A stretch of DNA of 64,000 bases from Candidatus Atelocyanobacterium thalassae (GCA_051971635.1 JBFPLN010000004.1:87478-151477), one strand, 5' to 3'; positions 21,017 to 33,003 are shown, numbered from the stretch's first letter. Translations and numbers: made by a program. The notes: generated by a model from the letters alone, not told the origin.

Positions 21017-21720
21017 ACCGTAATGCCTAAGTTATTTGTTTTTGTATTTAGTTAATAACGTTAGCTTTTCGGTTAAGGGCTTCTCTAAGAAATTTATAAC
21101 CCCTTTGTACTGAATGAATAGTATCAAATACAAGACAATATCGAAAGAGATAATCCATATTTCTCTTTCTGTAAGTCTTTTTGATTTAAATTTCTATTAA
21201 TTGGCCAATAACCTATAAGATAACAAACTTAATTAAGTTACCTCTCTACACTCTGTTCAATTTAAAATGGAGTATTGAACTATATAGATATTTGAGGACA
21301 CTATACTTTTATGATCTTAGCAAAAATGTGTAGAACTCATCAAATCTTAAACAATCTAGTAAATGTAAAAATCAAAAGTTTTCCATCTAATTTGATAAAT
21401 GTTGTGTCTTTAGGCCAAGACGGAGATATTTTATGACTAATCTTACTCTAGATTAAGACTCTTATGGAGACATGGTCTACTAAGATGGTAATCGGAATAA
21501 TAAAAGTAATAACCTAAAATAAACAAATAATCTAAAAAAGAATAAATAAGCTTTTTGATAATTTAAAGGAAATGATTTCAGCAATAGCTGAGCATCTGTT
21601 AATATATTCACTGTATTCTTAAGATTCACAAAAAATAACTTAGTTTCTTATTCTCAATATGATACTAATAATGAGAATTTTTCTTTATTCTATTTACACT
21701 TTTAAGTACAGCATAATAAT

Positions 21721-23166
21721 ATGACATCTATTCGCAAACTTCATCAACAATTAATCAATAAAGACAGAACTGCGGTTGAAATTACTAAAGAAGCATTAGA
21801 AAGAATCGAATCAGTTGACTCAAGAGTTAAGAGTTTTTTACAGGTAACATCTGATTATGCTTTATCACGAGCTAAACAGGTCGATGATAAGATTGCTAAT
21901 AAAGAAGAAATAGGAATTTTGGCAGGTATTCCCATTGGAGTAAAAGATAATATGATTACCTCTGGAATTACCACTACTTGTGGTTCTAGGATTTTAAAAA
22001 ATTTTGTTCCTTCTTATGAATCTACTGTAACTCAAAAACTTCAAGATGCTGGAGCTATTATGGTGGGGAAGACTAATTTAGATGAGTTTGCGATGGGAAG
22101 TTCTACAGAAAATTCTGGTTATCAGGTTACTGCTAATCCTTGGGATATATCCAGAGTTCCTGGAGGATCTTCAGGAGGATCTGCTGCAGCTGTAGCAGCT
22201 GCAGAATGTTTGGTTTCTATTGGTTCAGATACTGGAGGCTCTATTCGTCAGCCTGCAGCTTTATGTGGTGTAGTTGGATTAAAACCAACTTATGGATTAG
22301 TCTCTAGGTTTGGCTTAGTAGCTTATGCCTCATCTCTAGATCAAGTTGGACCATTTGCTCGTAGCGTAGAGGATACAGCTATCGTACTAGGAGCTATTGC
22401 CGGGCACGATCCTAAAGATTCTACTAGTATTAAATTTTCAGTTCCAGATTATACTAAATTCCTTAATCCATCATTGAAAGGATTAACAATTGGAGTAATT
22501 GAAGAAACTTTTACAGGGGGGATAGAAGAAGAAGTTAGTAATGTTGTCCGGAATGCAATTGATCACTTAAAAACATTAGGTGCAAAGATAGTTAATGTTT
22601 CCTGTCCTAGTTTTCGTTACGGCCTACCTGCTTACTATATTATAGCTCCCGCCGAAGCTTCTTCGAATTTAGCACGCTATGATGCAGTTAAATATGGATT
22701 AAGAGAACAAGCAGATACTCTTACAAATATGTATACTAGCACTAGAACTCAAGGTCTTGGGGCAGAAGTAAAAAGACGTATTATGTTGGGTACTTATACA
22801 TTATCCACAGGATATTATGATGCGTATTATCTTAAAGCTCAAAAGGTAAGGACCTTAATCAAAAAAGATTTTGATACTAATTTTGAAAAAGTAGATGTCT
22901 TGGTATGTCCAACATCTCCAACAACAGCTTTTAAAGCTGGTGAAAAAATATCTGAACCTTTAAATATGTATTTATCTGATCTAATGACTATTCCTGTAAA
23001 TTTAGCTGGATTACCTGGAATGAGCATTCCTTGTGGTTTTGATAAAAAGGGTTTGCCCGTTGGATTACAACTCATAGGTAATATTCTTGAGGAAGGAAAA
23101 CTTTTTCAAGTAGGTTATGCTTACGAACAATCTACTCCATGGCACAATCTATCACCTCAGCTATAA
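21721..23166 (+). CDS. gatA: Asp/Glu-tRNA amidotransferase subunit A
   Basis: [45 protein letters not shown]. Confidence 0.97.
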   Translation: MTSIRKLHQQLINKDRTAVEITKEALERIESVDSRVKSFLQVTSDYALSRAKQVDDKIANKEEIGILAGIPIGVKDNMITSGITTTCGSRILKNFVPSYESTVTQKLQDAGAIMVGKTNLDEFAMGSSTENSGYQVTANPWDISRVPGGSSGGSAAAVAAAECLVSIGSDTGGSIRQPAALCGVVGLKPTYGLVSRFGLVAYASSLDQVGPFARSVEDTAIVLGAIAGHDPKDSTSIKFSVPDYTKFLNPSLKGLTIGVIEETFTGGIEEEVSNVVRNAIDHLKTLGAKIVNVSCPSFRYGLPAYYIIAPAEASSNLARYDAVKYGLREQADTLTNMYTSTRTQGLGAEVKRRIMLGTYTLSTGYYDAYYLKAQKVRTLIKKDFDTNFEKVDVLVCPTSPTTAFKAGEKISEPLNMYLSDLMTIPVNLAGLPGMSIPCGFDKKGLPVGLQLIGNILEEGKLFQVGYAYEQSTPWHNLSPQL

Positions 23167-23219
23167 AAATTGACTAAAAACAAAAAATTTAGCAAATATT
23201 TCGCTTCAACTGGACAGAC

Positions 23220-24383
23220 TTATCGATATACAGGCAATGTGAAATGAAAACAACTTCCTTGACCGAACACACTGTCTACCCAAATTTGTCCATAATGAAC
23301 GCGAATTATTTTACGACATAAAGATAAACCTAACCCATAACCTTCTTTATTTTGATCTCTTTGTAATCGAAAATGACCTTCAAAGATTCTCTCTTCCTTT
23401 TCCTTAGGAATACCTGGCCCAGTATCAGAAATACTTACTTGTACTTTTTGGCTAGTACGATGAAGAATTGATAGAGTAACCTTCCCATCTTCTGGTGTAT
23501 ATTTAATTGCATTATCTAATAAGTTGATAATAACTTGGCGAATCAATTCTTCATCCGCATATACACCTGGTACATCTTCAGGAATATCTTGTATTAAGCT
23601 GATTGACTTTTCCTTTAGTAAACTAATATATCTTCTAAAAATTTCTCTAAATAAATGGGATAGAGAAACTTCTGTACGTTCTACTTTTAGTTCACCATTC
23701 ATACTTTTTGATGCCTGTAAAATATCAGTAATCAAACGATTCATGATTTGTAGCTGATTATGTATTTGGGAGAATAGTTGTTTTCTAAGTTTTTTACAAC
23801 GCTCATTAGTTTGCTTATTTTGAACAATTTCTAAAGTATCTACAGCTATAGAAGAAGCAGTGAGTGGACTGCGCAAATCATGGGCTAACATAGCTAAAAC
23901 TTGATCTTTAAAATTTAACTGATCTAATAGATCTTTTTTCTCTTTTTTTAAACGAAAAACTTCATCAGATAAACGTATAAGTTCTTCTGAATATTCAATT
24001 AAACCAATTTTAGTAACAGCATTGTTTTCTATTTGACAATCACTATACTTATTCTCTAATAATAATTTCCATTGAGGCCACCATTTTTCTAGTTGGTTAA
24101 TTAAATTACTTCCAGCCAAAATTTGTCTTTGTCCTGGTGATACCTTTACAAGTGCAGGAGTAGCGACTAAACGAAAATGTTCTACAAGATGAGGTTGTTC
24201 ACGGATTTCAATTACTTCTAACTGGCAAGAACAACTTTTTTTAGCGATTTCGATATAGTTTTGTATTAATCTTACATATTCATTAGAGCCAGGACGTTCA
24301 TCTATAAACAATAATAACTGGATAGACATAGGAATGAAGTAATCATTTTCAGTATTTATTCTATGTTTCAATGACTCTACCAT
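23220..24383 (-). CDS. sasA: Adaptive-response sensory histidine kinase SasA
   Basis: KaiB-like N-domain (EQPHLVEHFRLVATPALVK), H-box LAHDLRSPLT, NLLDNAIKYT, DTGPGI, GYGLGL. Confidence 0.9.
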   Translation of the reverse strand: MVESLKHRINTENDYFIPMSIQLLLFIDERPGSNEYVRLIQNYIEIAKKSCSCQLEVIEIREQPHLVEHFRLVATPALVKVSPGQRQILAGSNLINQLEKWWPQWKLLLENKYSDCQIENNAVTKIGLIEYSEELIRLSDEVFRLKKEKKDLLDQLNFKDQVLAMLAHDLRSPLTASSIAVDTLEIVQNKQTNERCKKLRKQLFSQIHNQLQIMNRLITDILQASKSMNGELKVERTEVSLSHLFREIFRRYISLLKEKSISLIQDIPEDVPGVYADEELIRQVIINLLDNAIKYTPEDGKVTLSILHRTSQKVQVSISDTGPGIPKEKEERIFEGHFRLQRDQNKEGYGLGLSLCRKIIRVHYGQIWVDSVFGQGSCFHFTLPVYR

Positions 24384-24470
24384 TGAAGCTTAAGATCACA
24401 TATGTGTTAATTGAGAGTAAAGATAAGTAATAACTCAGGGAAAATATTTATCAACTAATTTATATTTTAA

Positions 24471-24498
24471 TATTAAAAATAATTAATTATTTTTAATA
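24471..24498. repeat. Perfect 28-bp AT-only palindrome
   Basis: TATTAAAAATAATT|AATTATTTTTAATA. Confidence 0.7.
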
Positions 24499-24767
24499 CT
24501 AAACTGTAATTGCAAAAACTTCATGGATGAATTATTTATATTATAGTAAATTCGCTAAAGATTATTCCTTATATCCACTCCTATCTAGTGTTATGTAATT
24601 TTTTAGAAGAAGCACAATAATCGGGATATATGCAATAAGGATAGGACCATATGGATGGATGAATAATTATATTTATTAATATTTGTTTTTTTTGAATCAG
24701 ATTTTTCCTGAAATTAGATTTACTTTCAATATAAAAATGATTGTACTTATTTAATTGCTAAAAAAAT

Positions 24768-24799
24768 ATAGTGCAGAAAATTATTTATCTCTGCACTAT
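24768..24799. terminator. Hairpin, possible terminator downstream of ycf65
   Basis: ATAGTGCAGA...TCTGCACTAT 10-bp stem; A-run on the left gives a U-tail on the minus strand. Confidence 0.5.
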
Positions 24800-24992
24800 G
24801 ATATTATTAGCTAGTAATAAATTTTTTCTTAAATAAGTTTATTAATTCTTTTTTAGGAAAAAACTTATTCTTAATTAACAAAGGAGTTTACTAAAGCTAG
24901 TAGATACCTTTCAAAGTGATAAATATTTAATTAATAACTTTAAGTAAATAACTGATGATAACAACTTATTGTTTATATGTATCAGTTTTAAG

Positions 24993-25304
24993 TTAGTTAC
25001 TACCGCTAAATGTCACTTCTAAGAATTTAGCTTGCGCTTCCTTCATGGTAATACTTTTTCCTTGGTTACGAAGATCTTGCCAATAATTAATGACTTCTGT
25101 TGCCTTGTTTAAGACTTCAATTCTTTCTGTTTCTAAGATCCAATGCTTTGCTTCTAGTTCATTTTTTAACTCTTGCCAAGCATTATTGCGTGGCCAAAAG
25201 AAATAAGCAGTTAAAGGACTGGTTCCTTTTCCAACAATTTGATCAACGGCGATTGCTACATTAGCATCTAACCAAAGAACTTTTAATATAAATCTAGGCT
25301 CCAA
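24993..25304 (-). CDS. ycf65: 30S ribosomal protein PSRP-3 / Ycf65
   Basis: [30 protein letters not shown] start with GGAGG RBS. Confidence 0.92.
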   Translation of the reverse strand: MEPRFILKVLWLDANVAIAVDQIVGKGTSPLTAYFFWPRNNAWQELKNELEAKHWILETERIEVLNKATEVINYWQDLRNQGKSITMKEAQAKFLEVTFSGSN

Positions 25305-26116
25305 TTACGCCTCCGGTGGGTAGACTGCACAAATATTTTAAATATGAGACCCTTCATTATAACTTATTTAGAATAAATTGTACTATGAAATAAAACAAAG
25401 AATTTATTAAAAGGCTAAATTACCATACTTATTATTTAACTATTCTTATAAATTCTCTTATACAATGACTTTTAATTAATAAAAAATTAAAGTATTGCTA
25501 ATAATTAATTATATGTTCTGAATAAAAGACATAAAGCATACAGTATACTAAGCAATATTAATAGGTAGATACAATTACTTAGGACTAACAGTTTCATAAG
25601 ATAAATACTTTTTAAGAAACTAATTATTTTCTGGCTTTAATTACCTTTAATCAGTTAAGGAGCTCAAAGGATAACTATGTAGAAATTATCTTTTTAATAA
25701 AAGTATCATACTAATATTAACTAAACTTACTTATTTTATATTTATATGGCTATTCAATTATGGTAGCTGTTTGACAAATTAAGATTTTTAAAAATAAAAT
25801 CTCTTATAATTATTCACTTTTATCTATTGTTTGCTACAATCTTGTTAATCTCATTTGCCTTACAAATAATTATAGTTTTTTTAGTCTAAATACTTTTAGT
25901 AAAATAATAAATTCTTTGTAAAATATTTGCTATCTACTTATATATTCTGTATTTTTTATATATCAATATATTCCATTACTATTATTAGTTTACATATGAA
26001 AAAGAAATATTTTATATCTTTAACATACTTATTTAACCTAAAAAATATAGTGTTCAATAACTTCTGTTTATAACTTTTTGCATAGAAAAATTCTTAACTG
26101 CTAGAAAAATATATAA

Positions 26117-27451
26117 ATGAACTCTTCTACATACCGTTTTAAAAGTAAACTATTTAATCTATTTAATCGTCAATCTTTATTATTCAAAGAACATATTTTT
26201 TATCAGAGTAAACGAATAAAAATTGTCTTTAAATTGGGTATACAACTTATTGTATACCCAATTTATTTCCTTGTACATACGAAAAAAAATAGTCAAAAAA
26301 GATTTGGAGGCGCTAGTTATCTATTAAATGTCTCTTTCTCAAATACTGATTTTTATTTAGAAAAAATACTTAAGAAAGTACACTATCTTTTATCAGATTT
26401 TGAAAAGCAAAAAAAATTAAATAATGAAATTTTTATCGAGAATGATAATATTACTAGTTCAGTTCAAGGACTAGCTAGCAATTTAATTACCCATAAATTA
26501 ATATTAGTTACTAACAATAATCTTACTATTGATGTATTGTCCGAAAATCAAATAGTTTATTTATGTAAATATATAAATTTACAATTAGACAATTATACAA
26601 ATAATTCGAAATATAGTAAGGTCCATGATTTACATTTAATAACTAAATTTTTTACAAAGCAAAATTCTATTTCATTCTTAATGTCTCTTTTTTGGCGACT
26701 AATGCTTTGGATGAAAAGTGAATCATTGGCTATAAATCTTAATTGTTTCGGAGAACTATCTAATACATCTTCGAAATCAGAAAACTTATTAGAAAAAATA
26801 CAAAGACCCATAGCTAACGATTTCAGTAGAAGTAACAAGTCTTCTCTTTATTTTTTAATAGGTAAGATACTTCAAAAGTATCAAGGATATTTGCAGAATA
26901 GAAGTTACCAAACCCTTAGAAATCAAAGTAATCAATTCTCCCTGAGATTTCTCGTATACACAACTATATATTATTTTCTAAGTCAGATTTTATCTAATGA
27001 ATATTTAAGATATAGTCTGAAACAAAAAAAAATAAATTTATATAAAACACAAGATAATGAAAATAGATACATGTGGTTGTCTTGGGACAAAACATATAAT
27101 AAATCTACATCTTCAAAAAAATATCTTTCACAACCTTCTAGCCTTATTGCATTAAGTAATGATGATAGATTACTCTACGAATATAATCTACAAAAACATA
27201 AAGCAAATTGTCTAGACGTTAATCAAGCTTATAAAGGATCAATAAATAGTCAGTTGATTTATGAAAAAAGCAAGAGAAAACGGGAAGAACTTACAACAAA
27301 TTACACAGAAGTAGGAATAAAGTCTAGAGGATATGTTAAACATCCTCTAACTAGAATTTTAGAATTGCTAGACATAATTATTTTCTGGATAGAACAATTA
27401 CTAGTAAAAATATGGACAATAGTACTTAGAATACTTAATTATAAAGAGTAG
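26117..27451 (+). CDS. Hypothetical protein, divergent member of a cyanobacterial family
   Basis: 444-aa ORF; ends SKLFNLFNRQS..LIVYPIY and GYVKHPL..ILELLD..IFWIEQ resemble conserved cyanobacterial hypotheticals. Confidence 0.6.
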   Translation: MNSSTYRFKSKLFNLFNRQSLLFKEHIFYQSKRIKIVFKLGIQLIVYPIYFLVHTKKNSQKRFGGASYLLNVSFSNTDFYLEKILKKVHYLLSDFEKQKKLNNEIFIENDNITSSVQGLASNLITHKLILVTNNNLTIDVLSENQIVYLCKYINLQLDNYTNNSKYSKVHDLHLITKFFTKQNSISFLMSLFWRLMLWMKSESLAINLNCFGELSNTSSKSENLLEKIQRPIANDFSRSNKSSLYFLIGKILQKYQGYLQNRSYQTLRNQSNQFSLRFLVYTTIYYFLSQILSNEYLRYSLKQKKINLYKTQDNENRYMWLSWDKTYNKSTSSKKYLSQPSSLIALSNDDRLLYEYNLQKHKANCLDVNQAYKGSINSQLIYEKSKRKREELTTNYTEVGIKSRGYVKHPLTRILELLDIIIFWIEQLLVKIWTIVLRILNYKE

Positions 27452-27625
27452 GTAAAGATAGGCAAAATAAAATATATTTATTATTAATATTGAAATCAGT
27501 AAATATAATCTTTATTAAATTTTATTGGATAGTATGTATCTAGGTAATTAAATATGTCGTTCAAAGATATACCCTACTATAATTCTTTTCTTAGTTAAAG
27601 AAATGTTTAATATTATAAGCATTTT

Positions 27626-27874
27626 TCAGTTAGGGATAGGTAGTCCTGGACATAAGCGAAGCCACTTTCCTGTTTCCTCAAGAAAACTCTCGCAGCTTAC
27701 AATATCCCATTCTATTTCAATATAATCATCCTTTGGACGAATATTTACATTAATATCAGCTTGTATAGGGTTAAAAGATGGTTTATCAGTTAAATGGGAT
27801 TGTTGATGCTGTTCTTCAACTGCATGATAAGTTTGACAAACGTCAACATAATGACAGTTAACACAAATACACAT
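27626..27874 (-). CDS. ycf34: Ycf34 family Fe-S protein
   Basis: MCICVNCHYVD.C.TYHAVE.QH, EWDIVSCESF, GKW.RL.P. Confidence 0.92.
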   Translation of the reverse strand: MCICVNCHYVDVCQTYHAVEEQHQQSHLTDKPSFNPIQADINVNIRPKDDYIEIEWDIVSCESFLEETGKWLRLCPGLPIPN

Positions 27875-27957
27875 ACTTTTTCTCTATAATTTATACTAAC
27901 TTAGCGTAAATTAAGAAGACTCGACTAACTTCTAAAATTTGCTTTTATACTGTAAAA

Positions 27958-29223
27958 ATGAGGCAACAAACAGTTCTAAATTTATCTCCAAATATATTAC
28001 CTTTTGAATTAAGTATTCTGCCATCTACAGCTTACTTGGTAGGAGGAGCAGTAAGAAATATACTGTTAAGTTCTGAACAAGATTATATCGATTTAGATAT
28101 AATCTTACCAAACTTTGTTCCTGAAATAGCAAAAAAGATTGCTTATAATTATCATGTAAATTTCATTATTTTAGATTCGAAAAGAAGTATTGTTAGAATT
28201 ATTTTCAGGGAAAGAACTGTTGATTTAGCCAAGCAAAATGGAAATTATGTAAATAAAGACTTAAAACAGAGAGATTTTACTATTAACGCAATTGCTTATA
28301 GTTTCTATAAACAGCAAATAATTGACTCTTCAGAAGGTTTGAAAGATTTACAGATGAGAATCATTAAAATGATTAACATCAAAAATATCCAAGATGATCC
28401 TCTCAGATTAATACGTGCTTATAGGCAAGCTTCTCAATTAAATTTTACTATCGAAACTAAGACACGAGATGCAATTAAGAAATTATCTCCTCAAATTTCT
28501 CAAGTCGCTGTAGAAAGAATACAAACAGAACTTAACTATTTATTACAAAATTTTAATGGTAGCGATTGGTTGATTGAAATGGAGAAAGATAATCTACTGA
28601 AATCTATTTTTTCTGATTTAAACCAAAATAATTTGTGTTATCTAAAACAAGTCAACCGTAAAATTTTATTATTAATAAATAAGTTGAAAAATAATGAGTT
28701 CAATGTTTTTTTTAATATCAATGACATCCGTGAAGTTTACAATAGTAAATTAATTCAAAAAGTAAAACTTCTATGTCTATTATCTCAAAATTTTGAGATA
28801 GCCACTCAACAACTTATACATTTAAAGTATTCTAAAAATGACATAAAAACTTTACCTACAATTTTAAAAAAGACTTTATTGATTGGCAAAAAGGAAATTT
28901 TTAAGAAAGATATTTATTCTATTTTTTTAGAAACAGATAAGAACTTTCCCATTTTTGCTTTATTTTCTTTAGTAAAAAATATAAATAATGACTTCATTAT
29001 TGAACTTATTTATCGTTACCTCAATCCTCTTGATAAACTATCTCATCCACACTCTCTAATAACAGGACATGATTTAATTACGCATCTAAAAATCAAACAA
29101 GGACAAAAAATAGGACAAATATTAAATTGTATTCAAGTTGCCTATATTGAAGAGAAAATATTTACCAAAAAAGAAGCTTTAGATCTAGCAGAAGAAATAT
29201 ATAATAATATAAGTTATATATAA
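27958..29223 (+). CDS. Class II tRNA nucleotidyltransferase (probably CC-adding type)
   Basis: YLVGGAVR, DLD, RDFTINA, DDPLRLIRAYR, ERIQTEL. Confidence 0.85.
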   Translation: MRQQTVLNLSPNILPFELSILPSTAYLVGGAVRNILLSSEQDYIDLDIILPNFVPEIAKKIAYNYHVNFIILDSKRSIVRIIFRERTVDLAKQNGNYVNKDLKQRDFTINAIAYSFYKQQIIDSSEGLKDLQMRIIKMINIKNIQDDPLRLIRAYRQASQLNFTIETKTRDAIKKLSPQISQVAVERIQTELNYLLQNFNGSDWLIEMEKDNLLKSIFSDLNQNNLCYLKQVNRKILLLINKLKNNEFNVFFNINDIREVYNSKLIQKVKLLCLLSQNFEIATQQLIHLKYSKNDIKTLPTILKKTLLIGKKEIFKKDIYSIFLETDKNFPIFALFSLVKNINNDFIIELIYRYLNPLDKLSHPHSLITGHDLITHLKIKQGQKIGQILNCIQVAYIEEKIFTKKEALDLAEEIYNNISYI

Positions 29224-29462
29224 GCTTATTCTTATATGTATTAGAATAGTTAAAATTATGTTAGCGTCTAAGTTATCTACTTTATGCAATATAAGTTTCG
29301 TAGTCTAGCCTGATACCAACTGAAGACTTATACATCTACATATTTTATTAGCTGATGTATTTTCTGCCATACTAACTCCAAAAAATAATATATGCAATAT
29401 TATTATTCTTTAGAAATTAGTAGCATTATGCATCTTATCTTTTAACAAAATTTTTTATCTTC

Positions 29463-30020
29463 ATGTCGTATGAATCTCTAAGACTCTATATTCCTCAAAC
29501 TGATGAAATTGATGAAATTGTTTCCTTAGATAAAATTTGTCTGGGAGGCCTCTGGACAATAGATAATTACGAAAGAGAGTTGCAAAGTCCAAATAGTCAT
29601 TTTCTAGTTCTATCTTTAAATTCGATGAATTCAATAATTGGATGTGGATGTTTTTGGAGAATTCTAGAAGAAGCACATATTACATTATTGATGGTTGATC
29701 CAAGATATCAAGGACAAGGTTTAGGACAATTATTGCTCTATAGTCTCTTAAAAGATGCTGCCGCAAATCAATTAGAGCATGCAACTCTAGAAGTTCGTGC
29801 TTCTAACAAATCTGCTATTTGTTTATATGAAAAATTTGGATTTAAAATTGCCGGAAGGCGTAAAGAATACTATAAAAAAACTAAAGAAGATGCTCTAATT
29901 TTTTGGAAAAGTGATTTAAATCATCCCACTTTCCAAAAAGAATTATCTTTTTGGAAAAAACTAATTCATAGACGTTTAGTCAATAGCTGTTATCTTCCTC
30001 CGGACTTTATTAGCTATTAA
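29463..30020 (+). CDS. rimI: Ribosomal protein S18 N-acetyltransferase
   Basis: ILEEAHIT, YQGQGLG, ATLEVRASN..AI.LYEKFGF..AGRRK.YY, EDAL. Confidence 0.9.
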   Translation: MSYESLRLYIPQTDEIDEIVSLDKICLGGLWTIDNYERELQSPNSHFLVLSLNSMNSIIGCGCFWRILEEAHITLLMVDPRYQGQGLGQLLLYSLLKDAAANQLEHATLEVRASNKSAICLYEKFGFKIAGRRKEYYKKTKEDALIFWKSDLNHPTFQKELSFWKKLIHRRLVNSCYLPPDFISY

Positions 30021-30056
30021 TCTTGAAACTATACACCTTTATATTTTTTTATGAAT

Positions 30057-30095
30057 AGACTATAGTTCCAGTTATTAATAAAAACTATAGTCTTT
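30057..30095 (+). terminator. Hairpin terminator after rimI
   Basis: AGACTATAGTT/AACTATAGTCT 11-bp stem followed by T-rich sequence. Confidence 0.55.
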
Positions 30096-30523
30096 ATTAA
30101 TTATTTTTCAAGGAATATATTTTAAGCTCCATCACTTATATTGAAGATTTTTTTCTAAGTACATGGAAATTTTTTTATTATGACTTAATAATAAATTAAG
30201 CTTTTAGAATATAGATTACAATCACATGGAATCTATTAGACTAATAGATTGAGTTATACAAATATTATGAAAGACTAGGCTATGGACTATACATTTTAAA
30301 TTACCTACGTTTATTAAATATCTTTTATAGGATAAGTTATAAAATTTAAGAATCTAAATATTAACTTTGAAAGCTTACTTAGTAAATGATATAAAATTAG
30401 GACGAAAATAAACTAAACTAATTATTTATTATAGTTGACTAAACTAGTGAAATAAAAAAACTCAGAGTTTAGTTTTTAACTAATAGCATTACAAAAATAA
30501 AGCCTTAATATTAATATAAATTT

Positions 30524-31507
30524 ATGACAGAAACACTACTATTTAACGCGTTACGTCAAGCTATTGACGAAGAAATGGAACGAGATAATACAGTTTTTAT
30601 CTTAGGGGAAGATGTGGGTCATTATGGAGGTTCTTACAAAGTTACAAAAGACCTTTCGCAAAAATATGGTGAGCTTAGAGTTTTAGATACTCCGATAGCT
30701 GAGAATAGTTTCATGGGAATGGCTGTGGGCGCTGCCATGGCAGGATTGAAGCCTATTGTGGAAGGAATGAACATGGGCTTTTTATTGTTAGCTTTCAATC
30801 AAATTTCTAATAATGCAGGAATGTTAAGGTATACTTCCGGTGGCAATTTTAAAATTCCCATAGTTATTCGCGGTCCTGGCGGTGTTGGGAGACAGTTAGG
30901 AGCTGAACATTCTCAGCGTTTAGAGGCTTATTTCCATGCAGTCCCAGGACTTAAAATTGTTGCTTGCTCTACTCCATACAATGCTAAAGGGCTACTTAAA
31001 GCAGCTATTCGGGACGAAAATCCTGTTCTTTTTTTTGAGCATGTTTTACTATATAATCTCAAAGAAGAACTCCCTGATGAAGAATATGTTCTTGCTTTAG
31101 ATAAGGCAGAAATTGTACATTCCGGAGAAGATATAACTATTCTTACTTATTCTCGCATGCGACATCATTGTATACAGGCATTAAAAACAATTGAAGAAGC
31201 AGGGTACTCCCCTGAAATAATTGATTTAATTTCCCTTAAGCCATTTGATCTTGAGACTATCGGAAATTCGATTCGAAAGACTCATAAAGTTCTTATCGTA
31301 GAGGAATGCATGAAAACAAGTGGTATTGCTGCAGAGTTAATTGCCTTAATTACAGAAAATTTTTTTGATGAGTTGGATGCTCCTATCGTACGATTATCGT
31401 CTCAAGATATTCCAACACCTTACAACGGAACGTTAGAAAAGTTGACAATAGTACAACCTTCTCAAATTGCTTCATCAGTGGACAAAATAATGAAGCTGCA
31501 TATTTAA
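30524..31507 (+). CDS. pdhB: Pyruvate dehydrogenase E1 beta subunit
   Basis: [38 protein letters not shown]. Confidence 0.96.
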   Translation: MTETLLFNALRQAIDEEMERDNTVFILGEDVGHYGGSYKVTKDLSQKYGELRVLDTPIAENSFMGMAVGAAMAGLKPIVEGMNMGFLLLAFNQISNNAGMLRYTSGGNFKIPIVIRGPGGVGRQLGAEHSQRLEAYFHAVPGLKIVACSTPYNAKGLLKAAIRDENPVLFFEHVLLYNLKEELPDEEYVLALDKAEIVHSGEDITILTYSRMRHHCIQALKTIEEAGYSPEIIDLISLKPFDLETIGNSIRKTHKVLIVEECMKTSGIAAELIALITENFFDELDAPIVRLSSQDIPTPYNGTLEKLTIVQPSQIASSVDKIMKLHI

Positions 31508-31529
31508 CTTTTTATTTGCAAATAACTAT

Positions 31530-32942
31530 ATGAAACAACAACGTTTGTTGATCGTTTTTATTGTTGCTCTTTTAACCAGTGCAATTACCTTCCTTAATAT
31601 TATGCCTCTGCAATTAGGACTCGACCTTAAAGGTGGTAGCCAACTAACTATACAACTTAAACCAACTGAGGATATTAAAAATATTGTTCAAGAAGATTTA
31701 GAAGCAGCAAAGACTGTTCTCGAGAATCGAGTTAATGGTTTAGGGGTAGCTGAACCTATTGTTCAGACTTTAGGAAAAGATAAAATTGTTATCCAATTAC
31801 CAGGAGTTACAAATCCAGAACAGGCAGAAAGAGTCTTAGGAGGAACAGCACAGTTAGACTTCCGCGAGCAACGTAAAGGCACTGAAGGACAGTTAAGTGC
31901 AGAATTTAGAATAAGGCAACAAAAGAATATAGAATTAAATACACTTAGACAAGAAAAGACTGGCTTAGAGGTAAAAAAACGTATTGTTAAGTTAACGGAA
32001 TCGATAAATTTATCCAATCAAGCAATACTAAAACTATTCGATTCTGTTGGTTTATCAGGTAAAAATTTAAAGAATGCTCGTTATGGACCAAGCCAAGGAA
32101 CTGAATGGCAGGTGATTATCGACTTTGACAATGAAGGAGAAGAAAAATTTGCTAATTTAACAAAGAAAGTTGCAGGTACTGGACGTAGTATTGGGATCTT
32201 TTTAGATGATGTATTAATCAGTGCACCCGTAGTTAGTCCTCAATTCGCTGTTACAGGTATTACTGGAGGCAGTGCAGTAATTACGGGTAATTTTACTGCA
32301 GAAAGTGCTAATGAAATGGCTGTTCAATTACGCGGAGGTTCTCTACCTTTCCCAGTACAAGTTGTCGAAAATCGAACTGTTGGTGCGACTCTAGGGCAAG
32401 ATAGTGTTCGTCGAAGTATCTATGCTATTATAGCTGGCCTAATTCTTGTCTTAATTTTTATGATAATTTATTATCGTTTATCAGGTGCTTTAGCTAATAT
32501 AGCTTTATTGATTTATGCTACTTTAACCTTAGCCTCTTATTCTCTAATTGGAGTAACATTAACTTTACCTGGTATAGCAGGATTTATTTTAAGTATTGGC
32601 ATGGCAGTAGATGCTAATATTTTAGTATTTGAGAGAATTCGTGAGGAACTGCAAAGTGGAAAGACCCTTTATGCTGGAGTAGAATCTGGTTTTTATCGCG
32701 CATTTTCTAGTATTTTAGATAGTAATATAACTACTTTAATTGCATGTGGAGCTTTATTTGGTTTGGGGTCTGGATTAGTTAAAGGATTTGCTCTCACTTT
32801 AGCTATTGGAGTATTAATTAGTATGTTTACAGCATTAACTTGCACACGTACTTTATTATTAACTACAGTTTTAAAATTTCCTTTCGTTAGAAAGAATCCT
32901 AAATTTTTTTGTCCTAATCTTTTAACAACTTCAAAGTTTTAG
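31530..32942 (+). CDS. secD: Protein translocase subunit SecD
   Basis: LGLDLKGG, RVNGLGV.EP, VGATLG, GMAVDANILVFERIREE. Confidence 0.96.
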   Translation: MKQQRLLIVFIVALLTSAITFLNIMPLQLGLDLKGGSQLTIQLKPTEDIKNIVQEDLEAAKTVLENRVNGLGVAEPIVQTLGKDKIVIQLPGVTNPEQAERVLGGTAQLDFREQRKGTEGQLSAEFRIRQQKNIELNTLRQEKTGLEVKKRIVKLTESINLSNQAILKLFDSVGLSGKNLKNARYGPSQGTEWQVIIDFDNEGEEKFANLTKKVAGTGRSIGIFLDDVLISAPVVSPQFAVTGITGGSAVITGNFTAESANEMAVQLRGGSLPFPVQVVENRTVGATLGQDSVRRSIYAIIAGLILVLIFMIIYYRLSGALANIALLIYATLTLASYSLIGVTLTLPGIAGFILSIGMAVDANILVFERIREELQSGKTLYAGVESGFYRAFSSILDSNITTLIACGALFGLGSGLVKGFALTLAIGVLISMFTALTCTRTLLLTTVLKFPFVRKNPKFFCPNLLTTSKF

Positions 32943-33003
32943 CGAATGTTTAATATGCAAGATTTTACATTTTTATTCTTTAGTATTTTTAAAATAGTTA
33001 ACT

